A stretch of DNA of 24,000 nt. Origin: Fibrisoma limi BUZ 3 (GTDB lineage Bacteria; Bacteroidota; Bacteroidia; Cytophagales; Spirosomataceae). Below the pieces are notes generated by a model. That model was not told where the DNA came from. It saw nothing but the letters and a program-made list of their open reading frames with translations, and made no database searches. This document shows positions 16,257 through 24,000 of this stretch, piece after piece. The first letter of the stretch is position 1, and the number at the start of each line of letters is the position of its first letter. The stretch spans positions 230,777 to 254,776 of the forward strand of contig NZ_CAIT01000006.1 of assembly GCF_000296815.2 (NCBI RefSeq), written 5' to 3'. The translations under genes were made by a program, and so were the position numbers.

Positions 16257-16309
16257 CCCAAATGCAGCAGGCGGTGATTGCTTACCGCCTGCTGCATTTG
16301 GGTTTGTTT
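16257..16309 (+). terminator. Strong intrinsic terminator (19-bp perfect stem plus T-rich tail)
   Basis: CCCAAATGCAGCAGGCGGT (16257-16275) / ACCGCCTGCTGCATTTGGG (16284-16302) with the 8-nt loop gattgctt, followed by TTTGTTT. It abuts the stop of the convergent ydcF-like gene (16309-16311). Confidence 0.65.
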
Positions 16310-16971
16310 CAGGCAGAGGCCAGATGCCGGTTGTAGCCGGCGTTGACCAGTTCCTGGTAGGCGTCCCAGACTTCGTCCGGAATGTCCTGCGGAATCTGAA
16401 AACCTCGTTCCGGATACAGCCGGATGCGCTGCAAATCCCCGACCATGATGCTGATGACGTCGTCGGGCGACAACTCCGGGTTGGTGTATCGGCTCAGATA
16501 AACGTCAAACGAATCCTGCGGGGAGGTGACGATCACCGGTTTCTCCGGCCATACTTTTCGAAACGTAGCGTAGCTCCGGCGCTCCATGTAGGGCTTCTGC
16601 ACCACAATGAATGTCTCCGGATCGAGCCCTTTTTCGGCGAGTAGTTCTTTGGTAAACAAGACGTTCTGGCCGGTGTTGGCCGATTGGTTTTCGATCAGAA
16701 TATGGGCTTGCGGTACGCCCATCTCCACGGCAATACGGGCGAAGAGGTCGGCTTCGGGTTCGGTCCACATCGAACGGGTAATGACCCCGAGCCCACCCGA
16801 AAAAATGAGCAGGGGTGCCCAGCCGTCCAGAAACAACCGGGCTCCGCGTTCGGCTACCCGGGTGTCATGGCTGCACAGCACCAGAATGGCATCGGCTTTC
16901 TGGAGGGCATGGTTCATGTGGTGATAATCCCAGAGCATCTGGGCCAGTTCGCGAATGCGGGCATTCATCAT
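16309..16971 (-). CDS. YdcF-family / DUF218-domain protein
   Basis: Collinear with the E. coli YdcF pattern: ADAILVLCSHD...LLIFSGGLG, EADLFARIAVEMGVP, ILIENQSANTGQN, FIVVQKPYMERRSYATFRKV. Confidence 0.85.
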   Translation of the reverse strand: MMNARIRELAQMLWDYHHMNHALQKADAILVLCSHDTRVAERGARLFLDGWAPLLIFSGGLGVITRSMWTEPEADLFARIAVEMGVPQAHILIENQSANTGQNVLFTKELLAEKGLDPETFIVVQKPYMERRSYATFRKVWPEKPVIVTSPQDSFDVYLSRYTNPELSPDDVISIMVGDLQRIRLYPERGFQIPQDIPDEVWDAYQELVNAGYNRHLASA

Positions 16972-16980
16972 AATCGACGG

Positions 16981-17736
16981 TTAGTTAACCAGGCGGAGTG
17001 TAACGACATTAATCAGCAAATTCACCACGAGTGCCAGACAGAATGACGCGCCCACCGAAAAGTGAGGCAACAGAAAGGCTTGCAGGAAAAAGAACGTAGT
17101 GAACCCCAACACACCAATGAGCAGGCCGCGCAGAATCAGTATCGTAGCGTTGCTTCCTTGCAGATAATGGGTAAAAATGGCCAGTATGGACGTAATGATG
17201 GGAAACGGCGTCAGGATGCCGCTCCAGGCGGGGCCAAGGACATTGGCCAGCCAGGTAACTGCTACCACAAACAACGTAGCGACTACCATCCGAATAGGCA
17301 GGTCGAACGGCAACCGTCGGGTCTGGATCGGCTGCGCAGCGGGTGTAGGAAAAAGCCGCAGCGCCAGTATGGCACAGCTAATCGCAATGCCGTAGGTAGC
17401 GAACAGATCGAGCGTGAAGAAGGTAAACACCCAGGCGACGGCTACGTACACGACGTACGAGATCAAAACGGTAGGTAGCCAGTGTAACTTCCGCGATAGC
17501 TGCGCGTAACAGTAACAGAACGTAATCCAGGACACAATACCCATCAGAATGCCCTGAACGGACCGAATACCAAAGGTTTTTCCCTGTTCTAGAATAAAAA
17601 ACAGCAGAATCGGTCCCGCGACCCACGGCAGACTGGCAATCATGCCCCCAATGCGATGCCCCCATTTCCGGCTGGAGAGCGTGATCAGACCAATCACCAG
17701 CGGCATCAGGGTCATTTTAACGAGCAATACATTCAT
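16981..17736 (-). CDS. Polytopic integral membrane protein (about 8 TM), unknown family
   Basis: Almost entirely hydrophobic helices (MPLVIGLITLSS, WVAGPILLFFIL, ILMGIVSWITFCYCY, VLISYVVYVAVAWVFTFF, and others). It ends 9 nt upstream of the ydcF-like start, so the two are probably co-transcribed. Confidence 0.7.
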   Translation of the reverse strand: MNVLLVKMTLMPLVIGLITLSSRKWGHRIGGMIASLPWVAGPILLFFILEQGKTFGIRSVQGILMGIVSWITFCYCYAQLSRKLHWLPTVLISYVVYVAVAWVFTFFTLDLFATYGIAISCAILALRLFPTPAAQPIQTRRLPFDLPIRMVVATLFVVAVTWLANVLGPAWSGILTPFPIITSILAIFTHYLQGSNATILILRGLLIGVLGFTTFFFLQAFLLPHFSVGASFCLALVVNLLINVVTLRLVN

Positions 17737-17883
17737 GAATAAAGAAGAGCAACCCGGTCAGGCAGCCACGTTCGGTCACCAATCGGTGCGCAAGGTAATA
17801 CATGCCTGGAAAAATGTGTTCATGTACCCCTGTCAGCTCAGCATCAATTGAACGTTTTCGTCGTTTACGAACAGCTTGGCCAC

Positions 17884-19542
17884 TCAGGGCGTAACCGGTA
17901 CTTCCGGACTCCGGGTGTATCCGATGCGCATAGCCACGGCGGTCATGTATTGCTGCCTGGGTATATCGATTGGCTTCGTATACACCTGCCAGCTCTTGCT
18001 GTCGCCGATTCGGTAGGCAATGGACGCGCCGGGGGTGGAGCAGCTCAGCGCGACTTTATCGCCCGACCGGGTCGCCTGTGGAGCGGCCGTTACGGGTGGT
18101 TTGTCGGCACCCTGCCACATCTGTTGTACCAGTTCTTTTTCGGGTATTTTGCCGAGGTCGTTGGTTTCCGTCAGCCACTTGTCCATCTCCTTCCGCAGTC
18201 GTTTCAGGTGACCAGCGTAAGCGGGCTTTTCGGCCAGATTGGTCAGTTCATAGGGGTCGGTGGTCAGGTCGTAGAGTTCTTCCGCAGGTTTGTTCGGTCG
18301 AAACCACAGCATCTGCGTTGGGTTGAGTTTGCCTGCGTCGCGGAGTTGCAGCAGTTCGGCCATCATCGGCTGCTGCTTTCGGAAAGCAATGTCCATGTAC
18401 AGCGGGCGGTCAGGAAAGAAGTTACGAACGTACTGGTAGCGTCCGTCGTGAACGGTCCGCACGCGGTCGTATTCCGAATCGAGCCGGTCGCGGGCCCCGA
18501 ATACGTACCGGCGGGGCTGACCGGTTGCGGGTCGTCGGCCAGTCTGGGGATCGAGAAACGCGCGGCCCTGCATGTACGTAGGGGGCGTCAAACCGGCCAG
18601 GGTCAGGACCGTCGGGGCGAGGTCGATCATCGAAATCAGTTCGTCGCGGGTTGTACCGGCGAAACGCCCGTCCGCAAACCGCACGATCAGCGGAACTCGC
18701 AGGCCCCGGTCATAAATTTCCCGCTTCACAAACGGCAGCCCGTCGCCGTGATCAGACCAGAAAAAAATGATGGTTTTGTCGAGCAGACCGTCGGTTTCCA
18801 GTTGTTTCAGGATGTCGCCTACCCAATCGTCCATGTCGCGGATGTTGCTGTAGAACCGGGCCATATCCTGCCGGACGGTCTTTGTGTCGGGGTAGTACGG
18901 GGGGACCTTGATCCGGGCCGGATCTGCCCGGAGGGGCAGGTCTTTTCGCTGCCACACCTGCGACTCGTGCGTGACGGTGTTGTTGAATACAGCAAAAAAC
19001 GGCCGGTTGTCAGGTCGATTCTTCCAGTACGCTTTGTTACTGACTTCATCCCAGACCGTCGGCGGGGCTTCGAACTGGTAGTCCGTTTTGACGTTGTTGG
19101 TGGCGTAGTAACCGGCAGCCCGCAAAAACTCCGGGAACGCTTTTACCTCCGGAGCCATCACGACTGAATACTCCTTCGGCAGGCCGGTTTTGGCCGGATA
19201 CGTATCGTACTGCGTCCGCATGTTGTGGCCACCCGTACTCGTCTGGTACATCCCCGTAATGATGGCGTTGCGGCTCGGCGCACAGACCCCCGCCGTGCAG
19301 AACGCGTTGGTAAACCGAATGCCCTCTCGTGCCAATCGATCGATGTTGGGCGTAGGGATGGTCGTATCGCCGTAGCAACCAAGCCGGGGCGACATATCCT
19401 CACACGAAATCCAGAGGATATTGGGCGGTACGGTCGGGGCGCTCCCGGCATCCCGGCGCTCGGGTGCTTTCTCAATGGCCCAGCCGGATACGAGGGCGGC
19501 TGCGGTTACCAGCAGGAGCAGAAAACGATGGCGAAACGTCAT
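17884..19542 (-). CDS. Cys-type sulfatase with C-terminal beta-sandwich (FN3/chitobiase-C-like) extension
   Basis: Signal peptide MTFRHRFLLLLVTAAALVSG, PNILWISCEDMSP, and the formylglycine motif GVCAPSRNAIITGMY. The C-terminal tail of about 80 aa (VALSCSTPGASIAYRIGDSKSWQVYTKPIDI) resembles the accessory domain often appended to glycan-active enzymes. Confidence 0.9.
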   Translation of the reverse strand: MTFRHRFLLLLVTAAALVSGWAIEKAPERRDAGSAPTVPPNILWISCEDMSPRLGCYGDTTIPTPNIDRLAREGIRFTNAFCTAGVCAPSRNAIITGMYQTSTGGHNMRTQYDTYPAKTGLPKEYSVVMAPEVKAFPEFLRAAGYYATNNVKTDYQFEAPPTVWDEVSNKAYWKNRPDNRPFFAVFNNTVTHESQVWQRKDLPLRADPARIKVPPYYPDTKTVRQDMARFYSNIRDMDDWVGDILKQLETDGLLDKTIIFFWSDHGDGLPFVKREIYDRGLRVPLIVRFADGRFAGTTRDELISMIDLAPTVLTLAGLTPPTYMQGRAFLDPQTGRRPATGQPRRYVFGARDRLDSEYDRVRTVHDGRYQYVRNFFPDRPLYMDIAFRKQQPMMAELLQLRDAGKLNPTQMLWFRPNKPAEELYDLTTDPYELTNLAEKPAYAGHLKRLRKEMDKWLTETNDLGKIPEKELVQQMWQGADKPPVTAAPQATRSGDKVALSCSTPGASIAYRIGDSKSWQVYTKPIDIPRQQYMTAVAMRIGYTRSPEVPVTP

Positions 19543-19552
19543 GGTCGGTCAG

Positions 19553-20986
19553 TTATTGGGTGAACGGAAAGTCAGGGGATGGGACGCGGGCCCGGTCCAG
19601 GATCGTTTTCAGCCGGGCGACGATAGCCGGGTTGCCGTCGGCGATGTTGTGCTGTTCGGTCGGATCGCGGCTGAGGTCATACAACTCCATGCGGTTATCC
19701 TTCAGCAGGTAAACCAGTTTGTAAGAGCCCTGCCGAACGGCCTGTTTACGACCCTGTTCGTGGAACTCCCAGTAAAGGTACGGGTGCTGGGGCTGGGTAC
19801 CCTTGCCCAGCAGTGCTGGCAGGTAGGAAAGGCCATCAAGTCCGGCCGGCTGCGGCACTCCAGCCACCTCGCAGGCCGTTGGGAGGAAGTCCCAGAAAGC
19901 CGAGGGATGGTTGCTGATTGTCCCGGCCTTAATCCTGCCCGGCCAGCGTGCCAGCATGGGCACCCGGATACCACCCTCGTACAAATCACGTTTTATGCCC
20001 CGCAATCCGCCGTTGCTGTTGAAATAGGCAGGATCATTACCCCCCTCCGCGTGCGGACCGTTGTCACTGCTGAAAATCACCAGGGTGTTGTCGTCCAGCT
20101 TCAGCTCGTGTAGTTTAGCCAGTACCTTACCCACGTGTGCATCCAGGTAGGTAATGCTGGCGGCAAACGCTTTTTGTACGTCCGGAAACTCCTCGTTAGC
20201 ATAGGGGCCGTAGTCGGGTACCTCAATGCCGTGGGCCGCAACGAGTTTATGTTCGTTGTTAGCGTGGGGCGATACGTAGCTCAGGTACAGGAAAAACGGT
20301 TGCTGCTTCGACTGTTCGATAAACTGCAGGGCTTCGTTGGTAAATAAATCCTGCGTCCATTCCACCCGTTTAGTGGCCGCTGATCCAATGCCTTTCACCC
20401 CGCCGTTCTCTACGTAAATGACCTCGTTGGGGAGCTTGACTTTCGTTTCGTTGCGCCAGAGAAAGTCAGGGTAATGATTGTGCGCGTGGGTTTGATTCAG
20501 ATAGCCATAAAAGTAGTCGAAGCCCTGTTGGCGCGGAATGCCCGTCGACCCGTCTTCGCCCAGACCCCATTTGCCAATGAGCGCCGTCGTATATCCAGCG
20601 CCTTTCAGGTATTCGGCAACAGTTTTGTCGTCCGGCTGCAGGGGGACGCGGGCATTGCCCCGGATGCGGGTATGGCCGGTGTGCAAGCCTGTCATGAGGG
20701 TACTTCGTGAGGGCGCACAGACGGTGCTGCCTGCGTAGTGCTGGGTAAACCGCATACCCTCCCGCGCCATACGGTCGAGATTGGGTGTCCGGATGGTTTG
20801 CTGACCCGATCCGGTGTTCCGGTAGCAACCCAGATCCCCATAGCCGAGATCGTCGGCCAGAATAAAGATGATGTTGGGCTTCCGGGGACCGGCTGGCGAC
20901 GGACGGCCTTGCCCCGACGTGGTATGAAACCCACTACTGACGAGCCAAAGGATAAGCGTGATTTTCAAGTAGTTCATCCCGTTCAT
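19553..20986 (-). CDS. Cys-type arylsulfatase-A-like sulfatase
   Basis: Signal peptide, PNIIFILADDLGYGDLGCY, and the formylglycine motif STVCAPSRSTLMTGLHTGHTRIRGN. Its stop is 10 nt upstream of the next sulfatase's start, so the two form an operon. Confidence 0.9.
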   Translation of the reverse strand: MNGMNYLKITLILWLVSSGFHTTSGQGRPSPAGPRKPNIIFILADDLGYGDLGCYRNTGSGQQTIRTPNLDRMAREGMRFTQHYAGSTVCAPSRSTLMTGLHTGHTRIRGNARVPLQPDDKTVAEYLKGAGYTTALIGKWGLGEDGSTGIPRQQGFDYFYGYLNQTHAHNHYPDFLWRNETKVKLPNEVIYVENGGVKGIGSAATKRVEWTQDLFTNEALQFIEQSKQQPFFLYLSYVSPHANNEHKLVAAHGIEVPDYGPYANEEFPDVQKAFAASITYLDAHVGKVLAKLHELKLDDNTLVIFSSDNGPHAEGGNDPAYFNSNGGLRGIKRDLYEGGIRVPMLARWPGRIKAGTISNHPSAFWDFLPTACEVAGVPQPAGLDGLSYLPALLGKGTQPQHPYLYWEFHEQGRKQAVRQGSYKLVYLLKDNRMELYDLSRDPTEQHNIADGNPAIVARLKTILDRARVPSPDFPFTQ

Positions 20987-21107
20987 AATTTGAATGCAAT
21001 GAGGTTTTACGGTCAGTTTGAATCTTAGCCCGATGGCGTAGGCGAAGTGCCCCGCAGGTAGAATTAGTAAGGTCTGTTCAATCGATAAAGCTGTACGTTT
21101 TTTGATT

Positions 21108-21376
21108 CTAATCGTCGAAATAGCCCCTCAGCAGACTGACGCGGGTGGGGCGCAGACGGGCGAGACGTAGAAGTTAGTGAAGCGAACTTCTGCCTCCGCC
21201 AGCCTGTCGAGACTCGGGGTTTGCAGGTGTGGATTCCCCGCGAGGCTGTAGTCACCGTACCCCATGTCGTCGGTCAAAATCAGCAGGATATTGGGACGCG
21301 GTCGAGGGGGCTCCTCGCTCAGGCGCCAGCCGAGTGGGAGTAGGGCAACAAACGTCAGCAGCGAACGAGCGTTCAT
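21108..21376 (-). pseudogene. Sulfatase gene remnant: N-terminal stub of about 90 codons, frameshifted and truncated
   Basis: The 82-aa ORF encodes a signal peptide plus [17 protein letters not shown] ... [14 protein letters not shown]. The C-x-P-x-R motif is broken in frame. Shifting one nt at the C-run 21147-21150 reads [15 protein letters not shown] (stop at 21108-21110). No further sulfatase-like sequence follows. Confidence 0.75.
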
Positions 21377-21380
21377 CAGG

Positions 21381-21839
21381 CTATCCAGGATTTACGCCCA
21401 TGTGAGCGGCTATTGTCAGAAAATCGTCCTCCGGTATTTCCAGAAAGCCAAACCGGAACGTTATGCCCCAGTTCGTTTTATTTTTAATAAAATGGAGCGC
21501 TGGAATTAATGGCGCAATGGGGGCTTCGTGGCTTTCCAGGAACGTAATGTCCCGCCGGAACGGCTCAAAGTCGGGCGATACGGTTGTCTGATACACCGCA
21601 TCACCCTGCACCCATCCTATGGCAGTGAATGCCCGTAGCGGTGTTGTTTCCCCTAGCGTTAGTTTCGGTGAATAGAACGCGACGCCATCGCCGTTCTGCA
21701 TGCGCTTGAGGTTGCGGGCGCTGCCATGATTGGCCTGGCAGAAGCCTCCTTCTACACCCCGTAGCACATGGTCGCGGGCGGCTACAATAAGCCAATACCG
21801 GACAGGTTTTGCCGAATTGACGGTAGATAGGTCAGACAT
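21381..21839 (-). CDS. EVE-domain (PUA-like) protein, stand-alone
   Basis: [47 protein letters not shown] matches the EVE/DUF55 N-terminal pattern (YWL...S.DH......G..Q..HGK...L.RM..GD....YS). 152 aa is typical of single-domain EVE proteins. Confidence 0.75.
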   Translation of the reverse strand: MSDLSTVNSAKPVRYWLIVAARDHVLRGVEGGFCQANHGSARNLKRMQNGDGVAFYSPKLTLGETTPLRAFTAIGWVQGDAVYQTTVSPDFEPFRRDITFLESHEAPIAPLIPALHFIKNKTNWGITFRFGFLEIPEDDFLTIAAHMGVNPG

Positions 21840-21948
21840 AGGCTACTTTGTATAGGTGACAATCTGCGGTAACGATGGTGTACGCTTCGTTCAGGTGCTG
21901 TAGCAATTGGCCATACTCGTCGACTTTATGCGTATTTCGTTTGCTGAT

Positions 21949-24000
21949 CTATAATGCATTAATTATCTGTTTGCCGGGCTTGAGCGGTATCGTTTTCCCG
22001 GCCCAGACCAGTGTTCCGGTCACGCCTTCGGGCAGCGTAACGGACCCGCTCAGGCCCCGGCCTTTCTTTTCCAGCCGGAACACCATCTCGCCCATCGGCA
22101 ACGGGTACGTACCGTCCAGTAGCGATAAGGCACCCAATCGGGGTTCCATCCGAATCGACCGGAACCCTGGCTCGGCCGGACGAATACCGGCTATCGTACT
22201 GAAAAACGCGTAGCCCGGGGCTGTGCTCCAGGGGTGGCATTCCGAGCGCGTCGGCTTGTTTGGCGACTCGAACCGCTCGGGCGTAGTCGACAAACCATCG
22301 GCCAGGACCGCTTTCCAGGGTTGCAGGGCTTTGTCGATCAAATCACCGGCCTCGGGCGACGATCCTACGGCCTTGTGCAGGGCTTCAAACAGGTAAATGC
22401 GGTAGTAGTACGTTGCCTGACCAAGACTGGTGTCCGCCAGAATCTTCTGAAGTACGGGCAGTTGCTGGGCAGCAGGGAGGGCGTCGGTCAGTACGGCCAT
22501 GATGTTGGTATGCTGATCGAAGTAATCCCGGGTAGGGCGTTCGGCCATCAGCCCCCGACCGGCATCGAAACAGCGGTCGTACACCTGTTTTTTGATCTGA
22601 TCGGCGCGCTGGCGGTACGTTTCAGCCTGTCGTGGCCCGGCCTGTCGTGCATCGCCCAGGAGGTCAAAGATGCGGGCGGCATTCTGAAGCGCGTACACGT
22701 AGTGCAGCGTCACCACGGCGGAGTTGGAGCCATCCTGCCCCGGTGCCAGGCCACCCTTTGCCCCCGGATCGCTGTACCAGTCCACGAAATATGCCCATCG
22801 GGTTTTGCCCGCCAGTCCATTCGGCTGCATCAGGGCCTCGAACATGGCCAGCGTCTGGTTGATGCCGGGCACAAACTGACGAATGAAGTCTTTATCACCC
22901 GAATACATCAGGTAATCATACAGCATGTCAATCCAGATGACCGAGTAGGTCGGGTGCACGAAGGTAGACCGTAGCGGGTAGCAACTGGTCAGGTTACCAT
23001 CCCACAGCCGGGAGTAATGGAACTGTTCGAGGGCGTTGCGTACGTGCAGGTCGTTGCCGGTCATGGCCAGCCAGGTCAGGTCGTGGACCTTGCTGTCGCC
23101 GAGGTACTGCATGGTTTCGTAGTAGGCGTCGCTCAGAAAATAATCCTGCGTACACAATTCCACCGTCCGGCGGCAGATGTCGAAGATCTGCGCGTATTCC
23201 GGCTGGTTGGTCGCGAATCGGGCTTTAACCGGGATGGGCGATGCTGTGTAGTCGTTATACAGATCGTTGATCGTGAGCGGCTGATCGCCGGTGGCAACTT
23301 CCAGTTGAATAAACCGGAACGTGCGCAGCCACGTTGGGCGGAACATCCGGTTGGCGCTGCCGTCGGGTACGACCACGTCCCGCATACCTATGAACTGCCG
23401 CCCGTCAACCTGATTGCGGTTGCCTTTCTTGGCGGAGTTGGGCATGAACAGATTCTCGGCGTAGCCAATCCGTACCCGACTGCCCGCGCCACCGGAAAAG
23501 TGAAGATGCGGATACCCGATGGTGAGCTTTCCGTGATCGATCAACAGGGTTGTTTGGGTATTGGCCGGGATTACCAGCGGTTTGTTGCCCTGTAGAAAGG
23601 CTCCGTCGGTGGTCAGCCCCGAAACATTGGCGACGCGGCCGAGTCGTTCCTGGCGCTGGGTCTGCAAGGGAACATTCCGGGGTTCGAGCAACCAGGCAAA
23701 TCCGCCCCCCAAGGAAGAAACCCCTTCGCAGAAGACGGCCGGTTTCCAGGCCGAATCGTCGAACGTAAGCTGCTCCCAGCCCCAGGGGTAGGCCGCCGTG
23801 TTCAGGCTGTCGGTGGGGTTAGCCGCGTAAAAGCCGCCGATGATGTCGCGGTCTTCGGGCCGGGCCCGCCACCGGACAGCCTTGTGTGCAACGCCCCGGT
23901 TGTGCAACACCCGCCAGCCGGTCTGGGCGATGGTGCTGACGTTGACGGTGCCGGTTTCGGGCGTATTCAGAATGAACGCCGTCCGGTACGATTGCATACC
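21949..24000 (-). CDS. GH78-like six-hairpin glycosidase (alpha-L-rhamnosidase-related); N-terminus lies right of the window
   Basis: The reading frame stays open to base 24000. (alpha/alpha)6 catalytic-domain-like segments: DAYYETMQYLGDSKVHDLTWL, YFVDWY, ECHPWSTAPGYAFFSTIAGIRP. The C-terminal beta-domain (FRSIRMEPRLGAL...) is as in bacterial rhamnosidases. It diverges from the canonical DxPxRER.GW.GD motif, so the specificity is uncertain. Confidence 0.65.
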   Translation of the reverse strand, partial: GMQSYRTAFILNTPETGTVNVSTIAQTGWRVLHNRGVAHKAVRWRARPEDRDIIGGFYAANPTDSLNTAAYPWGWEQLTFDDSAWKPAVFCEGVSSLGGGFAWLLEPRNVPLQTQRQERLGRVANVSGLTTDGAFLQGNKPLVIPANTQTTLLIDHGKLTIGYPHLHFSGGAGSRVRIGYAENLFMPNSAKKGNRNQVDGRQFIGMRDVVVPDGSANRMFRPTWLRTFRFIQLEVATGDQPLTINDLYNDYTASPIPVKARFATNQPEYAQIFDICRRTVELCTQDYFLSDAYYETMQYLGDSKVHDLTWLAMTGNDLHVRNALEQFHYSRLWDGNLTSCYPLRSTFVHPTYSVIWIDMLYDYLMYSGDKDFIRQFVPGINQTLAMFEALMQPNGLAGKTRWAYFVDWYSDPGAKGGLAPGQDGSNSAVVTLHYVYALQNAARIFDLLGDARQAGPRQAETYRQRADQIKKQVYDRCFDAGRGLMAERPTRDYFDQHTNIMAVLTDALPAAQQLPVLQKILADTSLGQATYYYRIYLFEALHKAVGSSPEAGDLIDKALQPWKAVLADGLSTTPERFESPNKPTRSECHPWSTAPGYAFFSTIAGIRPAEPGFRSIRMEPRLGALSLLDGTYPLPMGEMVFRLEKKGRGLSGSVTLPEGVTGTLVWAGKTIPLKPGKQIINAL

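Noticed and set aside
17848-19167. A 439-aa ORF on the plus strand, the longest unexplained ORF in the track
   Set aside because: It lies entirely antisense to the well-supported sulfatase gene (17884-19542). Its translation is R/G/V/P-rich with no motifs. This is the typical shadow ORF produced opposite a GC-rich coding strand.
19421-20113. A 230-aa plus-strand ORF, plus similar antisense ORFs at 22234-22974, 23017-23595 and 9854-10387
   Set aside because: All are antisense to genes with clear family signatures or better composition. None has motifs, and all show the skewed R/G/P composition of shadow frames.
21381-21839. The EVE-domain gene as a possible marker of a modified-base-sensing defence system
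   Set aside because: EVE domains in defence contexts are fused to or adjacent to nucleases, McrBC-like GTPases or similar effectors. Here the protein is a bare 152-aa domain flanked by a sulfatase stub and a glycosidase, with no nuclease, ATPase, methyltransferase or toxin nearby.
1-24000. A scan for CRISPR arrays, tRNA/rRNA genes, IS elements, integrases, phage genes and long direct or tandem repeats
   Set aside because: No spaced identical repeats, no cloverleaf-like conserved tRNA motifs and no transposase- or integrase-like translations were seen in any frame. The only repeated exact element noticed is the 13-bp palindrome reported above.

Overview
This 24 kb window is chromosomal DNA of moderately high GC. 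It is densely packed with about 25 protein-coding genes. By inference it comes from a Bacteroidota, Cytophagales-like genome: start codons lack Shine-Dalgarno sequences, one TAnnTTTG -7 box is present, and the gene content (DUF2147, several Cys-type sulfatases, a GH78-like glycosidase) fits that group.

Gene order, left to right:
- a 5'-truncated enolase-superfamily gene
- SDR, then AraC
- YceI, then SDR
- secreted gamma-glutamyltransferase
- a tight five-gene operon: NRDE/TANGO2-family, ATP-grasp, stand-alone CoaB, Crp/Fnr, unknown protein
- a convergent SGSH-like sulfatase
- TetR followed by DUF2147, SDR and a membrane protein, with one 13-bp palindrome in front of both transcription units
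- a low-GC patch carrying an orphan ORF
- a small soluble HExxH/ExxAD metallopeptidase
- on the minus strand: YdcF and a polytopic membrane protein, two intact sulfatases, a decayed sulfatase stub, an EVE-domain gene, and a GH78-like glycosidase that runs off the right edge

I found no rRNA, tRNA, CRISPR array, transposase, integrase or recognisable defence system.

Most of the window looks like ordinary accessory catabolic and regulatory content. The best candidate for something undescribed is the NRDE/ATP-grasp/CoaB/Crp/unknown operon at 6266-10345. I rate it moderate, not strong. All family assignments come from motifs read in the translations and need HMM or BLAST confirmation.
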